A stretch of 64,000 nt of DNA from a candidate division FCPU426 bacterium (GCA_963771075.1 CAVYSE010000003.1:352001-416000); one strand, 5' to 3'. Positions 50,877 through 61,244 are shown, counted from the stretch's first letter. A program made the numbers and translations. Notes: generated from the letters alone by a model not told the origin.

Positions 50877-51569
50877 TTAGCTTCTGTGGTGGCGCCCACC
50901 GTGTTTACCGCCAGGTGTCGGGCTGGGGCTAGGCTTGGCAACCGGCTGGGTAACCACTTCCTCGGTGCCGGTTTTCATCAAATCATCTCCCATAAACCCA
51001 TTAGCATCGCAAACGTGATAGTGCCCATCTTCTAAATAGACTTGGACCGTCGGGGTCTTACCTGAACCCTGCCACCACCAATAACCCCGGTTGAAATAAA
51101 GCCACCGCTCGGCAGTGGGGTCATGCCACCAAAAACGACCCTCCCGCCAGAGCACCCAATGAAAGGTGTCACCCATGCGCCAGCCATACCAATTCCGGTC
51201 CCCATCACGGTAATGGCAGTAGTTCCACGCATTGTAGGGATGCCAATAATACTTTCCCGAATGGCTGTCTTTCTGATCGATCTTGGGAACTTGCTGAACG
51301 GCGGCGGGTTCGCCCAGATTGCGCATAGACGGGCCAAGGGGCGCTGACTCTTCGTCATTGACCAGCTTCAGGGAGGTGCCATCGTTGTATTTCTTGGGGG
51401 GCTTGGGCAACCGAAAATGCGTGTTATCAGCAATCTTGTCTTGAGTCGATAGAACCAGGGGTTTGGGTAACGATGGCGTAGCTTCCACCCCAGGTAGTTG
51501 GTCGGAAGCGAAAACAATAGTTCCTATTCCCAAAAACAACATCCCCATCAATATTCGCCACACGTACAT
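50877..51569 (-). CDS. Secreted hypothetical protein with Trp/Tyr-rich repeats
   Basis: Signal peptide; YYWH, WYGW, FWW, YWWW motifs. Confidence 0.75.
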   Translation of the reverse strand: MYVWRILMGMLFLGIGTIVFASDQLPGVEATPSLPKPLVLSTQDKIADNTHFRLPKPPKKYNDGTSLKLVNDEESAPLGPSMRNLGEPAAVQQVPKIDQKDSHSGKYYWHPYNAWNYCHYRDGDRNWYGWRMGDTFHWVLWREGRFWWHDPTAERWLYFNRGYWWWQGSGKTPTVQVYLEDGHYHVCDANGFMGDDLMKTGTEEVVTQPVAKPSPSPTPGGKHGGRHHRS

Positions 51570-51677
51570 ATTTTGCCTTTATTCGGATTGTCATCTAGAC
51601 GTCCTGCAACAAGGAAAGGGTTGGGCCAAAGGGCCAAAACAAGACCCGTAAAAGGAGTATGGCACGTCTAGACACCC

Positions 51678-53836
51678 ATGAATACACCATCATCCCAAGC
51701 AACCACAGTTCAACCAATAAACCCGAAAATCGCGCCTTCCCCGAGTCGGGGGGAATGGGTGGCGTTTACCATCATCCTGCTGTTGGGCGCGGCCCTGCGC
51801 CTCTGGGATCTGGATAAGAACGGAACGGGCAACCCCTATTACGCCTCGGCCGTTCGAAGCATGCTGATGAACTGGCACAATTTCTTTTTTGTGTCCTTCG
51901 ATCCCGTAGGATTCGTGACGGTGGACAAGCCCCCGGTGTCGCTGTGGATTCAAACCGCCTTCGCCAAACTTTTCGGCTACCGGGGTTTTACCCTGATCTT
52001 TCCCCAGGTGCTGGAAGGCTTGGGCACCCTCTCCGTGGTTTATTACCTGGTTCGCAAGCGCTTCGGCGCGTTCGCCGCCTTGTTCGCGGGTCTGGTCATC
52101 GCCCTTTCCCCGGTCAGCGTGGCGGTGGACCGCTACAACAATACGGACGAGTGCCTGGTATTCGTTATGGTGCTCGCGGCCTGGGCCTTGATTCGGGCGG
52201 CTGAAACCGGAAGCCGAAAGTTTCTCTACCTAGCCCTGATATTGGTCGGGATCGGATTCAACACCAAGATGATGGCGGCCTTCGTGGCTCTTCCTGTTTT
52301 CTATCTGGTTTACCTGATTGGTTCCCCCATCACTTGGCTCCGGAAAATCTGGGTCCTCGTAACCGGAACTCTGATATTGCTGGTCGTGGCCTTGTCCTGG
52401 CCATTGGCAGTGGATTTGACACCTCCCGAACAACGCCCCTTCGTGGGAAGCACACAAGATAATTCCATGATTAGCCTGTCCCTGGGATGGAACGGATTTC
52501 AAAGACTGCTCACCCGTGGACGGCGCGGTTCCCCCCCAATGGCCGGGGAGGCAATTTCCCGGCGGCTGGCGCCGCGACCAACACCCCGCCCAACGCACCC
52601 GCCTCGGTGGGCGACACGAACCATTCGGAAGCCGCAGCCGCGTCCCAGGCCCAGGCACGCCGCCGAAACGGCGGACCCATGAACAACGGAACCCCGGGTC
52701 CCCTTCGTTTGGCGGATCGGAACATGGCAGGCCAGGTGGGTTGGTTTTTTCCCCTGGTCCTGCTGGGTTTCTGGTCGGCGGCCCGCCGAATCCGTTTGAC
52801 CTTTCCCCTGGCCCCAAGCCACCAGTCCCTCTTTTTTTGGTTGGGATGGATCTTCATCTACGGGGCAGTTTTCAGTTTCATGAAGGGGGCCATGCATCCC
52901 TATTACCTTGTCCTCATGGTTCCCGCCATCGCCGCCCTGGCGGGGATCGGCGTTCAATCGCTTTGGAACGACTACCGGGAAGGCCGAATCATCCTTCCGC
53001 TCCTGACCCTAGCTCTCACAGCTGGGTGGCAGGCCTTTATCGTGACCCAGTACCCCGATTGGAAACATCAGCTTTTGCCCATCCTGATGAGCGGGTTACT
53101 TTTATCCCTGGCCAGTCTTTTGTTGATTTCCCGTCTGGCCTCTCAAAAGCCCGCCTGGCTCCGATGGGCTCCCTCAGCCTTTGGCCTGGGGCTCTCGGCC
53201 CTTTTCTTCTGCCCCACCTTTTGGGCACTGACCCCGGTCTTGGGTTCGGGCCAATCGGTGCAAGCCGGTCCTGAGTTACTGGACCCTCGCAGCAGGGGCG
53301 GATTGTTTCCAGGGTTCGGCGTGAACTTAAACAATGCCAAGCTGGTCGATTACCTGAAAGCCCACCAGCAGGGCGAATCCTATCTTTTGGTCGCGCAAAA
53401 CAGTCAGGTCGTTGCTCCAATCATCATTGAGACCGGCGAGCCGGTGGTGGCCATCGGGGGGTTCATGGGCGGGGATCCCATTTTGACCGCCAACCAATTC
53501 GCCCAGAAGGTTCAAGACGGCCAATTCCGCTACATGCTTTTAAACGCCCCGCCTACGAACCAGAACGGCAGGGGCCCAGGAGGAAACCCCGGAGGATGGG
53601 GTGGACCGGGAAACATGGGAAGGATGGGCGGGGCCCAGGCCGAGATCGCCAAGTGGGTGCGGGAGCATGGAAAACTCGTGGATGCCGCCCTTTGGAAACC
53701 AGCTCTTCCACCGGTAATTCCCGTCGTTCAATCCCCCGCCCCCGGAGGGTTCGGCGGGCGTAGGGGAGGCATTGCCAACCTGCAACTGTATGATTTGCGT
53801 CCGGGCAAAGAGGAAAATAAAGGTTCAAAGGGTTAA
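51678..53836 (+). pseudogene. ArnT/PMT-like (GT-C) glycosyltransferase, frameshifted at the C7 run near 52531
   Basis: N-half GNPYYA, VTVDKPP, FNTKM, GWNG..RL; C-half PGPLRL, HPYY, IGGFMGGDP in another frame. Confidence 0.8.
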
Positions 53837-53845
53837 GTTAATCCA

Positions 53846-55210
53846 GTGAGTTCCAACAATCTTTTACCCCAAACAACTTTGGTATTGGATGTCGGGGAAA
53901 ACCTGGATTTCCTGCTCGCCAAACTGAATCAAGTTAATTTGGGAAATAAGCCTTCCTTCGGGCAAATACTGTTGGCTTCTCCCCCTGGACAAAAAACAAA
54001 GATTTTTGCCAAACTCCCGGAAAGCTTTAAACACCTCGAAATAGTGGAAATTCAATCGCTTCGGCTAGACCTCTTCCCTTTCCTCCATAAACCCTATCTG
54101 GCCTATTTGCCATCCGACGCCCCCTATTCACCGCCTCAAATTGATTTTGGCGCGGACCTGGAGAAGCATCCTCTTTTTATCCAACCTTGGGTTCCTTTTT
54201 TAAAAACCTCGGATTCGGAGTGGGCACGCGGGGTTTACCTGTCATTGGGTTGGATTTCCACACCCAAGCTTTTGCAGAAAATGGACTTAATAAACGGGTT
54301 CTCTCTTCGCGACCTGGAAAGATCCATCCGAAACGCCCACACGGAAATTCCCTACTTTTCCGCCTCGGCTAGCGAATCCCTCAACGGAAAACCACCCGTT
54401 CCGCAGGGCCAGCCAACACTCACAAAAGCATCCAGGGTCTTAGCCCTCGTGCCCCACTTCAATTGCGAGGAGTGGCTGGAACAATGTTTGTATTCTCTCG
54501 TCCATCAAACCCGCCTACCCGAAAACATCGTCGTTATGGACGATTGTTCAACGCATTCACCGCTAGAAATCGTAAAAAAATTTCCCTCTGTGGCTCTGTT
54601 TCGTTCACCTGAAAATGTGGGCCCCTATCGACTTTTACAATCCATGATTGATCAAACCCAATTCGACGGTTATATGTTTCAAGACTCGGACGATTGGTCG
54701 AGCCTCGATCGATTAGAATTATTGCTCCGGGAAGCGGAAACCGGATGCGCCGACTGGGTGGGTTCGCAAGAGATCGTCTATTTCTCGGATGCCATTCACA
54801 CCCTTCGATATCCCCTGATTCTAAAGGATTCCCCCGAATCGCTCATGCGCTATCCGTTTTGTTACTCGAGCAGTCTCATTTCAAGGTCGTTTTTCAAACT
54901 TTTGGGTGGTTTCGCTTCGGGCCTGCGTTTCAGCGGGGACTTTGAATTTTTTTCCCGGGCAATATTCGCGGGAAAAGTGATCAATCTCGACCGTTATTGC
55001 TATCACCGGAGAGTCCGGAAAGACTCACTCATTACATCCGAAGAAACAGGGCTCGCAAGCCTTTCACGCAAGGAAGTCGATTCTCAAATCGAGGTAAAAA
55101 AAGCGGCCAATCACGTCCTTAGGTCAAAAGGTTTTGCCCCCCTGCTGGAACCGATCAAGACAGCCCCGCCCATTCGCTTTCAGCATTTGACCGGGCCCCA
55201 ATTGATCTAG
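53846..55210 (+). CDS. Glycosyltransferase family 2
   Basis: LVPHFNCEEWL, VMDDCS, FQDSDD, SGDFEF. Confidence 0.85.
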   Translation: MSSNNLLPQTTLVLDVGENLDFLLAKLNQVNLGNKPSFGQILLASPPGQKTKIFAKLPESFKHLEIVEIQSLRLDLFPFLHKPYLAYLPSDAPYSPPQIDFGADLEKHPLFIQPWVPFLKTSDSEWARGVYLSLGWISTPKLLQKMDLINGFSLRDLERSIRNAHTEIPYFSASASESLNGKPPVPQGQPTLTKASRVLALVPHFNCEEWLEQCLYSLVHQTRLPENIVVMDDCSTHSPLEIVKKFPSVALFRSPENVGPYRLLQSMIDQTQFDGYMFQDSDDWSSLDRLELLLREAETGCADWVGSQEIVYFSDAIHTLRYPLILKDSPESLMRYPFCYSSSLISRSFFKLLGGFASGLRFSGDFEFFSRAIFAGKVINLDRYCYHRRVRKDSLITSEETGLASLSRKEVDSQIEVKKAANHVLRSKGFAPLLEPIKTAPPIRFQHLTGPQLI

Positions 55211-55257
55211 TCTTCCAGCCTCATTAAAAACATGTTCGCTTGAAGCACCTATTCTTT

Positions 55258-56361
55258 TTATCTGGCATGCCGGTTTCGAAATCCGTCCATGAACTCCAAA
55301 AGTTGGTTTACGTCTTCCTCCGTTACCGAGTTATAGAGGGATGCCCTTAACCCGCCCAGGGATCGATGCCCTTCCAGACCATAAAAACCGGCTCGGGAAG
55401 CTTCTTCCAGGAACGTCTTATCCATCTCGGGACTCGGCAGGCGAAAAACCACATTCATCTTCGACCGGTCTTTCTTTGCGCCATGGACACGGAAGAAATC
55501 GGGATGCCGGTCAAGAAGATCATAGAGAGACTGGGCTTTTTTCTCGTTCAAAGCCGCCATTTTCTCCAAACCCCCGATACGGTCTTTTAACCAGCGGGCA
55601 ACCAGCAGGGTGACATAAATCGCGAAAACAGGCGGGGTGTTGTAAATGGACCCCATTTTCACATGGTTGCGGTAATCGAGCATGCTGGGCAAGGAATCCG
55701 GGGAACCCTTTAAGAGGTCCTCGTGGAGGATCACTAGTGTCATCCCCGCGGGCCCCAGGTTTTTTTGGGCATGGGCGTAAACGAGGCTGAAGTCGCGAAT
55801 TTCGAAGGGATAACTTAAAAAGTCGGAGGACATGTCGCAAACGCGCGGAACGCTCTTGGCCCCGGGCAAATAGTGAAACTGCAGGCCTTCAACCGTTTCA
55901 TTGGAAACGTAGTGGAAATAAGCGGCCTGGGGGTCGTAGGCAAGCTCTTTTTCTTCCGGCAGGCGGGTATAACCGCTTCCCTCGCCGTCAAAGATCACCC
56001 GTACCGGGCCCTCCAGGCGCGCATCGGGGATGGACTTGGCGCTCCAGTAACCCGTCTTCAGGTACTCGGCGGTCTTTCCTTTTCCCCGCAGAAGCAGCAT
56101 GGGGATCATGGAAAACTGGAGGGTGCTTCCCCCTTGGAGCTGAAGCACCTGGTAGTCGGGAGGAATATTGAGGAGGGACCGGAAGACCGCTTCCGATTCA
56201 TTGAGAATGGCCTTGAAATAGTCCGAACGGTGGCTGATACCCAGGATGGACTGGCTGGTTCCAGGGGCCTGAAGGATAGCCTCGCTGGCTTGTTCCAGCA
56301 CCGCCCGGGGAAGCGCGCCGGGGCCGCCCGAAAAATTGAGACTTGTGTGACTGGCCATCAT
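55258..56361 (-). CDS. serC: Phosphoserine aminotransferase
   Basis: NFSGGP, ISHRS, QGG..LQF, NETVEG, DMSSD, AQKNLGPAG, NTPP, GHRSLGGLRASLYN. Confidence 0.96.
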   Translation of the reverse strand: MMASHTSLNFSGGPGALPRAVLEQASEAILQAPGTSQSILGISHRSDYFKAILNESEAVFRSLLNIPPDYQVLQLQGGSTLQFSMIPMLLLRGKGKTAEYLKTGYWSAKSIPDARLEGPVRVIFDGEGSGYTRLPEEKELAYDPQAAYFHYVSNETVEGLQFHYLPGAKSVPRVCDMSSDFLSYPFEIRDFSLVYAHAQKNLGPAGMTLVILHEDLLKGSPDSLPSMLDYRNHVKMGSIYNTPPVFAIYVTLLVARWLKDRIGGLEKMAALNEKKAQSLYDLLDRHPDFFRVHGAKKDRSKMNVVFRLPSPEMDKTFLEEASRAGFYGLEGHRSLGGLRASLYNSVTEEDVNQLLEFMDGFRNRHAR

Positions 56362-57371
56362 GGCACCCCTATCTTTTTTTTCTTGGAAGCCTCCAGGACA
56401 TCTTCCAGCAGTTTGCGACTAAACCGGCCGTCACGAAATGGAAAAAGAGTGGCATTGGGGGTGAAGGTGAACTCGCTGAAATAGACCCCGTCGGGCAAAT
56501 CGTACAGATCCACCCGAACGAAATCGAAGGGGCCGGAAAGTTCGGAAGCTATTTGGAGCATCTCCCCCCAATGGGCGGGTTTTTCGGGCAAAGGATCGGG
56601 CAAGGGGAACTGGTTCGGGATCGGGATGTGACGGTGGTCCGGCACGTTGAAGAGGGCCTGGCGGTGGTCGGCGAAGCGCCCCTCGTCGTACTGGCAAAAA
56701 AGTACCTTTCCTCGGGATGAATAGAAACGGAAATCGGGCGGGGGGTGGTACCACAGGCCGTCTTTTCCGGAAGGGATGGGGGAAGGCAGGCACTCTTCCA
56801 CCAGGATCTTGGGACGCAAACCCCGATACTGTCCCTCGTATTCGTTCCGGAAGTAATCGCGACGGGCGAAGCGGAACATTTCGAGTGTCGGTTGAACGAC
56901 GACTTGGACGTTCGCCCCGCCCAGGAAAATCACTCCTCCCGAGGTATGGGTCGGCTTGGCCACCGCGTTTTTCCCGACGAAAGGATAGATGAACTTTCCC
57001 ACCTGCTCCAGGGGGGTGTCAGGATAGAGGGTCAGCACCGAGAGGGTGCGGGCGATTTGAATCCTCGGAGAGAGGGAAACCGCAATGAGCTTGGCGCTTT
57101 CTTTGTCGACGCAAGTCTTTTCAAATGGGGTCCAAGGGCCGGTCATACGTTGGAAGATATAATCTTCGAAGGTGGCCTGGGCCGAGAAGGGGTCGATCGG
57201 CAGTCTTTGGTGCTTTCGTTTGAAATTCGAGCGGGCCAAGAGGCGAGTGGCTCCCGGGTCACCCCGAAGGGCAAAAAACAACAAAACCCGCTGGACCCAT
57301 CGTTTCAAATTGAAAATCCGTTCATCTGGATATGGAGATTTTTTTATTACCTTCCACAGGATTAGACGCAC
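56358..57371 (-). CDS. TupA-like ATP-grasp protein
   Basis: DK, KPTHTSG, PKILVEE, FDFVRVDLY, YFSEFTFTP. Confidence 0.88.
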   Translation of the reverse strand: MRLILWKVIKKSPYPDERIFNLKRWVQRVLLFFALRGDPGATRLLARSNFKRKHQRLPIDPFSAQATFEDYIFQRMTGPWTPFEKTCVDKESAKLIAVSLSPRIQIARTLSVLTLYPDTPLEQVGKFIYPFVGKNAVAKPTHTSGGVIFLGGANVQVVVQPTLEMFRFARRDYFRNEYEGQYRGLRPKILVEECLPSPIPSGKDGLWYHPPPDFRFYSSRGKVLFCQYDEGRFADHRQALFNVPDHRHIPIPNQFPLPDPLPEKPAHWGEMLQIASELSGPFDFVRVDLYDLPDGVYFSEFTFTPNATLFPFRDGRFSRKLLEDVLEASKKKKIGVP

Positions 57372-57400
57372 GACTTAGAAAAGGGTGCCACCCTGACGGT

Positions 57401-58117
57401 TTATTCCACGATCTCGAATTTTCCAATAACCTGTTCTTCAGTCAGCGCGTCATAGTGCCACCATTCGTGGCGCAACTGGCGAAAACCCGCGCCCACCATG
57501 GCGCTTCTTAAGATCATCCGATGGTCGATTTGGATCTGAGTCAACTTCCCTTCTTTTAAAAGCCGGCTTTCCAGTTGAGGTTCGGAAAGAGGAGTGAAAC
57601 CGTCAAAAGGAGCGCCCATGTCGACTAATTTTCCCTGGGGGTCCAGAAGCCCGATATCCAGGGCGAAACCATAGTTATGCATGGAACCCTTGTCCGGATC
57701 GGCGACATATTTTTGATGGGACGTTCCCTTGACCACGGCCCACAGTTTTCGTTGGACCGAACGGGGCCGTAGCGCGTCAAACACGATGAACTTGTAGCCC
57801 GGGTTGTTTTTACGGAGAGTCTCAATGGCCTTACGCAACTTTTCGGCCGTAATTTTATGAATGTAGCATTTGTTGTAGGGCCCGTAGAGGTTCTTGCGGG
57901 TGAAATTGTCGGTGGTTCCATACTTAAGATTCACGGTCACGCCTTGCCAATGGGTGATCTCGACGAAATTCGGGCTGGCGGCCAGGTTTTTCATGGAATC
58001 CTCGATGGAGTGGGTTTGGGATAGGGCCGATAGCGGGAGCAGAAAAAAGCCGAACAGCAGGAAAAGGCCCAGGGAACGTTTCTTCAAGGGATCACGTCCC
58101 GGGACCTGGCATTTCAA
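57401..58117 (-). CDS. ddpX: D-Ala-D-Ala dipeptidase (M15D, VanX/DdpX family)
   Basis: YGT.DNF, FDALRP, SMHNYG.ALD, DMGAPFD, EWWHY. Confidence 0.9.
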   Translation of the reverse strand: MKCQVPGRDPLKKRSLGLFLLFGFFLLPLSALSQTHSIEDSMKNLAASPNFVEITHWQGVTVNLKYGTTDNFTRKNLYGPYNKCYIHKITAEKLRKAIETLRKNNPGYKFIVFDALRPRSVQRKLWAVVKGTSHQKYVADPDKGSMHNYGFALDIGLLDPQGKLVDMGAPFDGFTPLSEPQLESRLLKEGKLTQIQIDHRMILRSAMVGAGFRQLRHEWWHYDALTEEQVIGKFEIVE

Positions 58118-58608
58118 GACTTCTTCTTGGGCATCTCATCTTCTTTGCCTTTTTCCGGTGTCGTATAGAGGCCGTTTTCGTATTTGAGGATCGTCGTGTT
58201 CTTGGGAACGTTGTGGTATTCGAGGTTGATGTCCTCATCCGTGAGCGTCACCTCGTAATAATAGTCCAGCTTCTTGTTGAACCCCAAAATCAGCTTGCGA
58301 ATAAAGGTGAAGTCCTCCTTCACCGCGTCCGCGTCCTCCAAGCTCCCGATCAAGGTAACATCCAGCGTTTCCTCGTCCGGGTTATAAATGATGGTAACCC
58401 GAATCGGCTCGATTTTTGAATTAGGATATTTTGTCTGGGGCTTCAACAGCATGGCCTGGGTGGTCGCCGTCACCATGGTCTGGAGATAACCGGCCACCCT
58501 TTCCCCCACGGGAACGCTGTCCCAGGCCCCCAAATTTTCATTCGCGGCTTGGCAGGTCACGGCCCATAGGAGGGTCCCTAAAATAATGCAGGATTGAATG
58601 AGTCTCAT
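58114..58608 (-). CDS. Secreted hypothetical protein
   Basis: Signal peptide; overlaps both neighbours. Confidence 0.75.
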   Translation of the reverse strand: MRLIQSCIILGTLLWAVTCQAANENLGAWDSVPVGERVAGYLQTMVTATTQAMLLKPQTKYPNSKIEPIRVTIIYNPDEETLDVTLIGSLEDADAVKEDFTFIRKLILGFNKKLDYYYEVTLTDEDINLEYHNVPKNTTILKYENGLYTTPEKGKEDEMPKKKS

Positions 58609-58874
58609 GGAGTTTTGATCGGTTCCGAGACAGGCGTTGGGCTCGTTTCAGGTTCGGGAGTTTTGGCGGATTCTTCCGAAATAACCTTTCCCTCTTTTAA
58701 ACGCAAAACAATTTTTCCCGTTTTGGTGTTGAGATAGGCCAGCGAAAGATCGTTTTCTTTCAATTCGATCCCGTAATCATGGTTGATCTTTTTCCCCATG
58801 GAAAGCAGGGTCCTCTGGATCTTTTCCAGTAGGGCCTGGACGTATTTGGAATCACCCTGGTTTCCGATCACGGA
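58605..58874 (-). pseudogene. 3' half of a paralogue of 58114-58608, 5' half removed at the first 37-bp repeat
   Basis: SVIGNQGD...KKINHDYGIELKENDLSLAYLN aligns with TLIGSLED...KKLDYYYEVTLTDEDINLEYHN; homology stops at 58874. Confidence 0.75.
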
Positions 58875-58928
58875 GTTGCACACCATCCTTTTTGGGAGGG
58901 CCATGTGCAGGCAAAAATTACATGATTG

Positions 58929-59039
58929 TCAACCTTTTAACAAAGCCAATTGATATATTTTATCCCGGACTTTCCAACAGACTTTCTCCCGGACTTTCCA
59001 CCAGACTTTCCCCCAGACTTTATCTCGAATGTTTTTCAT
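58929..59039 (-). CDS. 36-aa phage-like ORF with KV(W/R/C)x tetrapeptide repeats (spacer 1)
   Basis: MKNIRDKVWGKVWWKVREKVCWKVRDKIYQLALLKG; ATGA overlap with upstream ORF. Confidence 0.55.
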   Translation of the reverse strand: MKNIRDKVWGKVWWKVREKVCWKVRDKIYQLALLKG

Positions 59040-59188
59040 TGTATTTTATCTCGAATATCAACTATTATTATGCGCCCTATTGGAAGCCAAAGATTAGATG
59101 CACAATCAAAACCAGCCTGGGAACGTGTTGTTTTTACCACAAATTTTGCCCATGCGTCAAAACAAAGTTTATGCAAAATATTATTCAT
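59036..59188 (-). CDS. 50-aa hypothetical ORF (spacer 1)
   Basis: Start overlaps the end of 59181-59705; stop overlaps next start. Confidence 0.5.
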   Translation of the reverse strand: MNNILHKLCFDAWAKFVVKTTRSQAGFDCASNLWLPIGRIIIVDIRDKIQ

Positions 59189-59705
59189 CTTCGAAAGCCA
59201 ATTCTTTCCGAGATTGCGCCACATTCTTGCTTTCAAGGTAATTGCTTATAAGGAATCCAGTTGCGAGGTCTGTGAAAATATTAGCCTTATCCCCCAGAAT
59301 GGTGTCTGTTACTTCCATCCCTATTAAAGAATACAGAAGCATAGACCAAAATCCATATTTCTTGGCGCAAGGCTTAGGCGTGAACCACCCTTTTCTTTTC
59401 AAAAACATGTCTACGGTGATGTGTAATTGATTCTTGTATTTGGAATGTTTTTTATAGAGACTTTGCTTGATATGCCTCCAATCACCAGCATTATCAAGAC
59501 TTTCTGTGTTCCAAGTCTCATTTTTCTCAATTTCTCCACTTAAGGCATAGTTTTCAAGGATATCGTAGAAAAAACGGTTTATTGGCCCGTTAAACATGAT
59601 TTTTTTAGTGTAATAGTTTTTCATGATAACGTGAGTATAGAATTTTTTGGTGAGAGAGGACATACCTTCTTTGGTAAGGTCGAAGTCTTCAAGTGTTGGT
59701 GCCAT
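59181..59705 (-). CDS. AT-rich hypothetical protein (spacer 1)
   Basis: 174 aa, strong AAGGAGG RBS. Confidence 0.7.
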   Translation of the reverse strand: MAPTLEDFDLTKEGMSSLTKKFYTHVIMKNYYTKKIMFNGPINRFFYDILENYALSGEIEKNETWNTESLDNAGDWRHIKQSLYKKHSKYKNQLHITVDMFLKRKGWFTPKPCAKKYGFWSMLLYSLIGMEVTDTILGDKANIFTDLATGFLISNYLESKNVAQSRKELAFEDE

Positions 59706-59847
59706 TGCTAATGCCTCCTTAAGTTTTCAAGTAAACGCAGTGTCCGAAAGTAAAGCGAGAATATGTGTTCTTTATTCTTATTCACTTTATCACGTATCCT
59801 GCAAAAATACGTTGCACACCATCCTTTTTGGGAGGGCCATGTGCAGG

Positions 59848-60105
59848 CTTAAATCAGTGGGATGGGGTGCTGTGAGCGGGGTTCTGAGTCACTACGGTGG
59901 AAAACTGTTCGATAAATATTTGAAGAATCCGTTAAGCTCCGCTGGAAGAACTTTGGGGAGAGAATTTAACACTGGGACGACAGCCGTTGAAAAACGGGCA
60001 TTTACCATTGGAGCTAAAAAAGCTGTGGCGGAAACGGGACACGAAGTGGGGGGAGCTTTAATTTCGTCTGCGCCATCCCTTTTGGATAAAACACCCAAAA
60101 AATAA
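59848..60105 (+). pseudogene. C-terminal gene fragment resembling an Rhs/polymorphic toxin tip (spacer 2)
   Basis: Gly/Ala-rich VGWGAVSGVLS...; begins at the repeat edge without its own start. Confidence 0.45.
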
Positions 60106-60201
60106 ACCGACGAATCCATGAGCTGCAACCACGCCGAACGTGGGTAATTGAAAGTTGGTTTCATTCTTGAAAAGTGTGAATCATGGTTGAGGGAGGGGAA
60201 A

Positions 60202-60600
60202 ATGATATTTTTAAAATATGCCATTGTAGTTTTGGTTGCCTTGGCGGTGAGCGCGGCCGAATTTGGTTTGTTCTATGTGCAGGGATTGGCTCAAAGAAGA
60301 AAGAATGCTATTTATAGAAGACTAATGATCGTAGTACTTGGTTTAGGATCCTGGGCCGGACTTATGTTGGGTGCTCCTATTTGCGATTTTTTGGGGATTC
60401 AAGATTCGAATAGCAGGCTTTATTTTTTTTGTTTTTGGTCGGTGCCAGTGCTGCTTGGAATGGGTTTTGGAGCGTACTACGTTTTGTGTGTCATGAAGCC
60501 ATTTGCACATCGTGGATTGTGTCATGAATGTGGATTTGTGAATGAGAAGGAAGTCAGGGTTTGCGGGAGATGTGGGCATAAGATGCCTAAAGAAAAATAG
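60202..60600 (+). CDS. Small 3-TM membrane protein with C-terminal zinc ribbon (spacer 2)
   Basis: GGAGG RBS; CHECG...CGRCG. Confidence 0.7.
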   Translation: MIFLKYAIVVLVALAVSAAEFGLFYVQGLAQRRKNAIYRRLMIVVLGLGSWAGLMLGAPICDFLGIQDSNSRLYFFCFWSVPVLLGMGFGAYYVLCVMKPFAHRGLCHECGFVNEKEVRVCGRCGHKMPKEK

Positions 60601-60648
60601 GAACTCTTATGGTTGCACACCATCCTTTTTGGGAGGGCCATGTGCAGG

Positions 60649-61207
60649 TTCCAAATCGCCGAACTGGTTGAAGCAAAACAGGGGATGGTAACAGGTACAG
60701 CCAAAGTAACCGTTGTACAAGGAACCTTCCTGATCCCCGTAGGTCTCGCTCACTGAGCTATCCATGTCGAGGATGATCTGTTGTATGGGCTTTTTCTCAT
60801 GGACTCCATCGATCCATTGGCCCGATAAGTCAATTAAGCCGGTCAAATTCTTCGACTGGGTGAGGACCTCCGTCTCGAAACGACCCATCTGGCTGGTGGA
60901 GGCGGCCTGTTTTTCCCTGGCCCGTCCTCCGATCACATGCCGCATCGCAGGATCGACACTCAGGCGTTCTGCGTCGTTGGTATCCTCATAACCGGCCAAG
61001 CGGCTGAATACCGACTGGCGAAGAAGCGCCGTCATCGTGTGTTGCGTATTCTTACCGGTCCGCCGATCCCAAAGGATGTTTTCTGTTCTGTCAGTCAAAC
61101 CAAAAGCTTCGTCGAGTTCGCGATAGGGAATCAACCCGCCATCGGAAGTGACCTTCGCACCATGGAACTCCAACTTGAGGCCAGGATCAAAAACCACCCG
61201 AAGAGCG
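60649..61207 (-). pseudogene. Internal fragment of an IS1380-family transposase (spacer 3)
   Basis: ALRVVFDPGLKLEFHGAKVTSDGGL..YRELD, LLRQSVFSRLAGYEDTNDAERL..DP, LDMDSS.SETYGDQEG..YNGYF.CTCYHPLF; cut by a repeat at both ends. Confidence 0.88.
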
Positions 61208-61244
61208 GTTGCACACCATCCTTTTTGGGAGGGCCATGTGCAGG

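Noticed and set aside
50717..50941. Ile-Pro-rich ORF explaining the GGTAY array
   Set aside because: Covers only part of the array, and the 11-bp steps break the frame
58950..59327. Plus-strand ORF with PDFP repeats
   Set aside because: Shadow of the coupled minus-strand ORFs, which have RBS and overlap support
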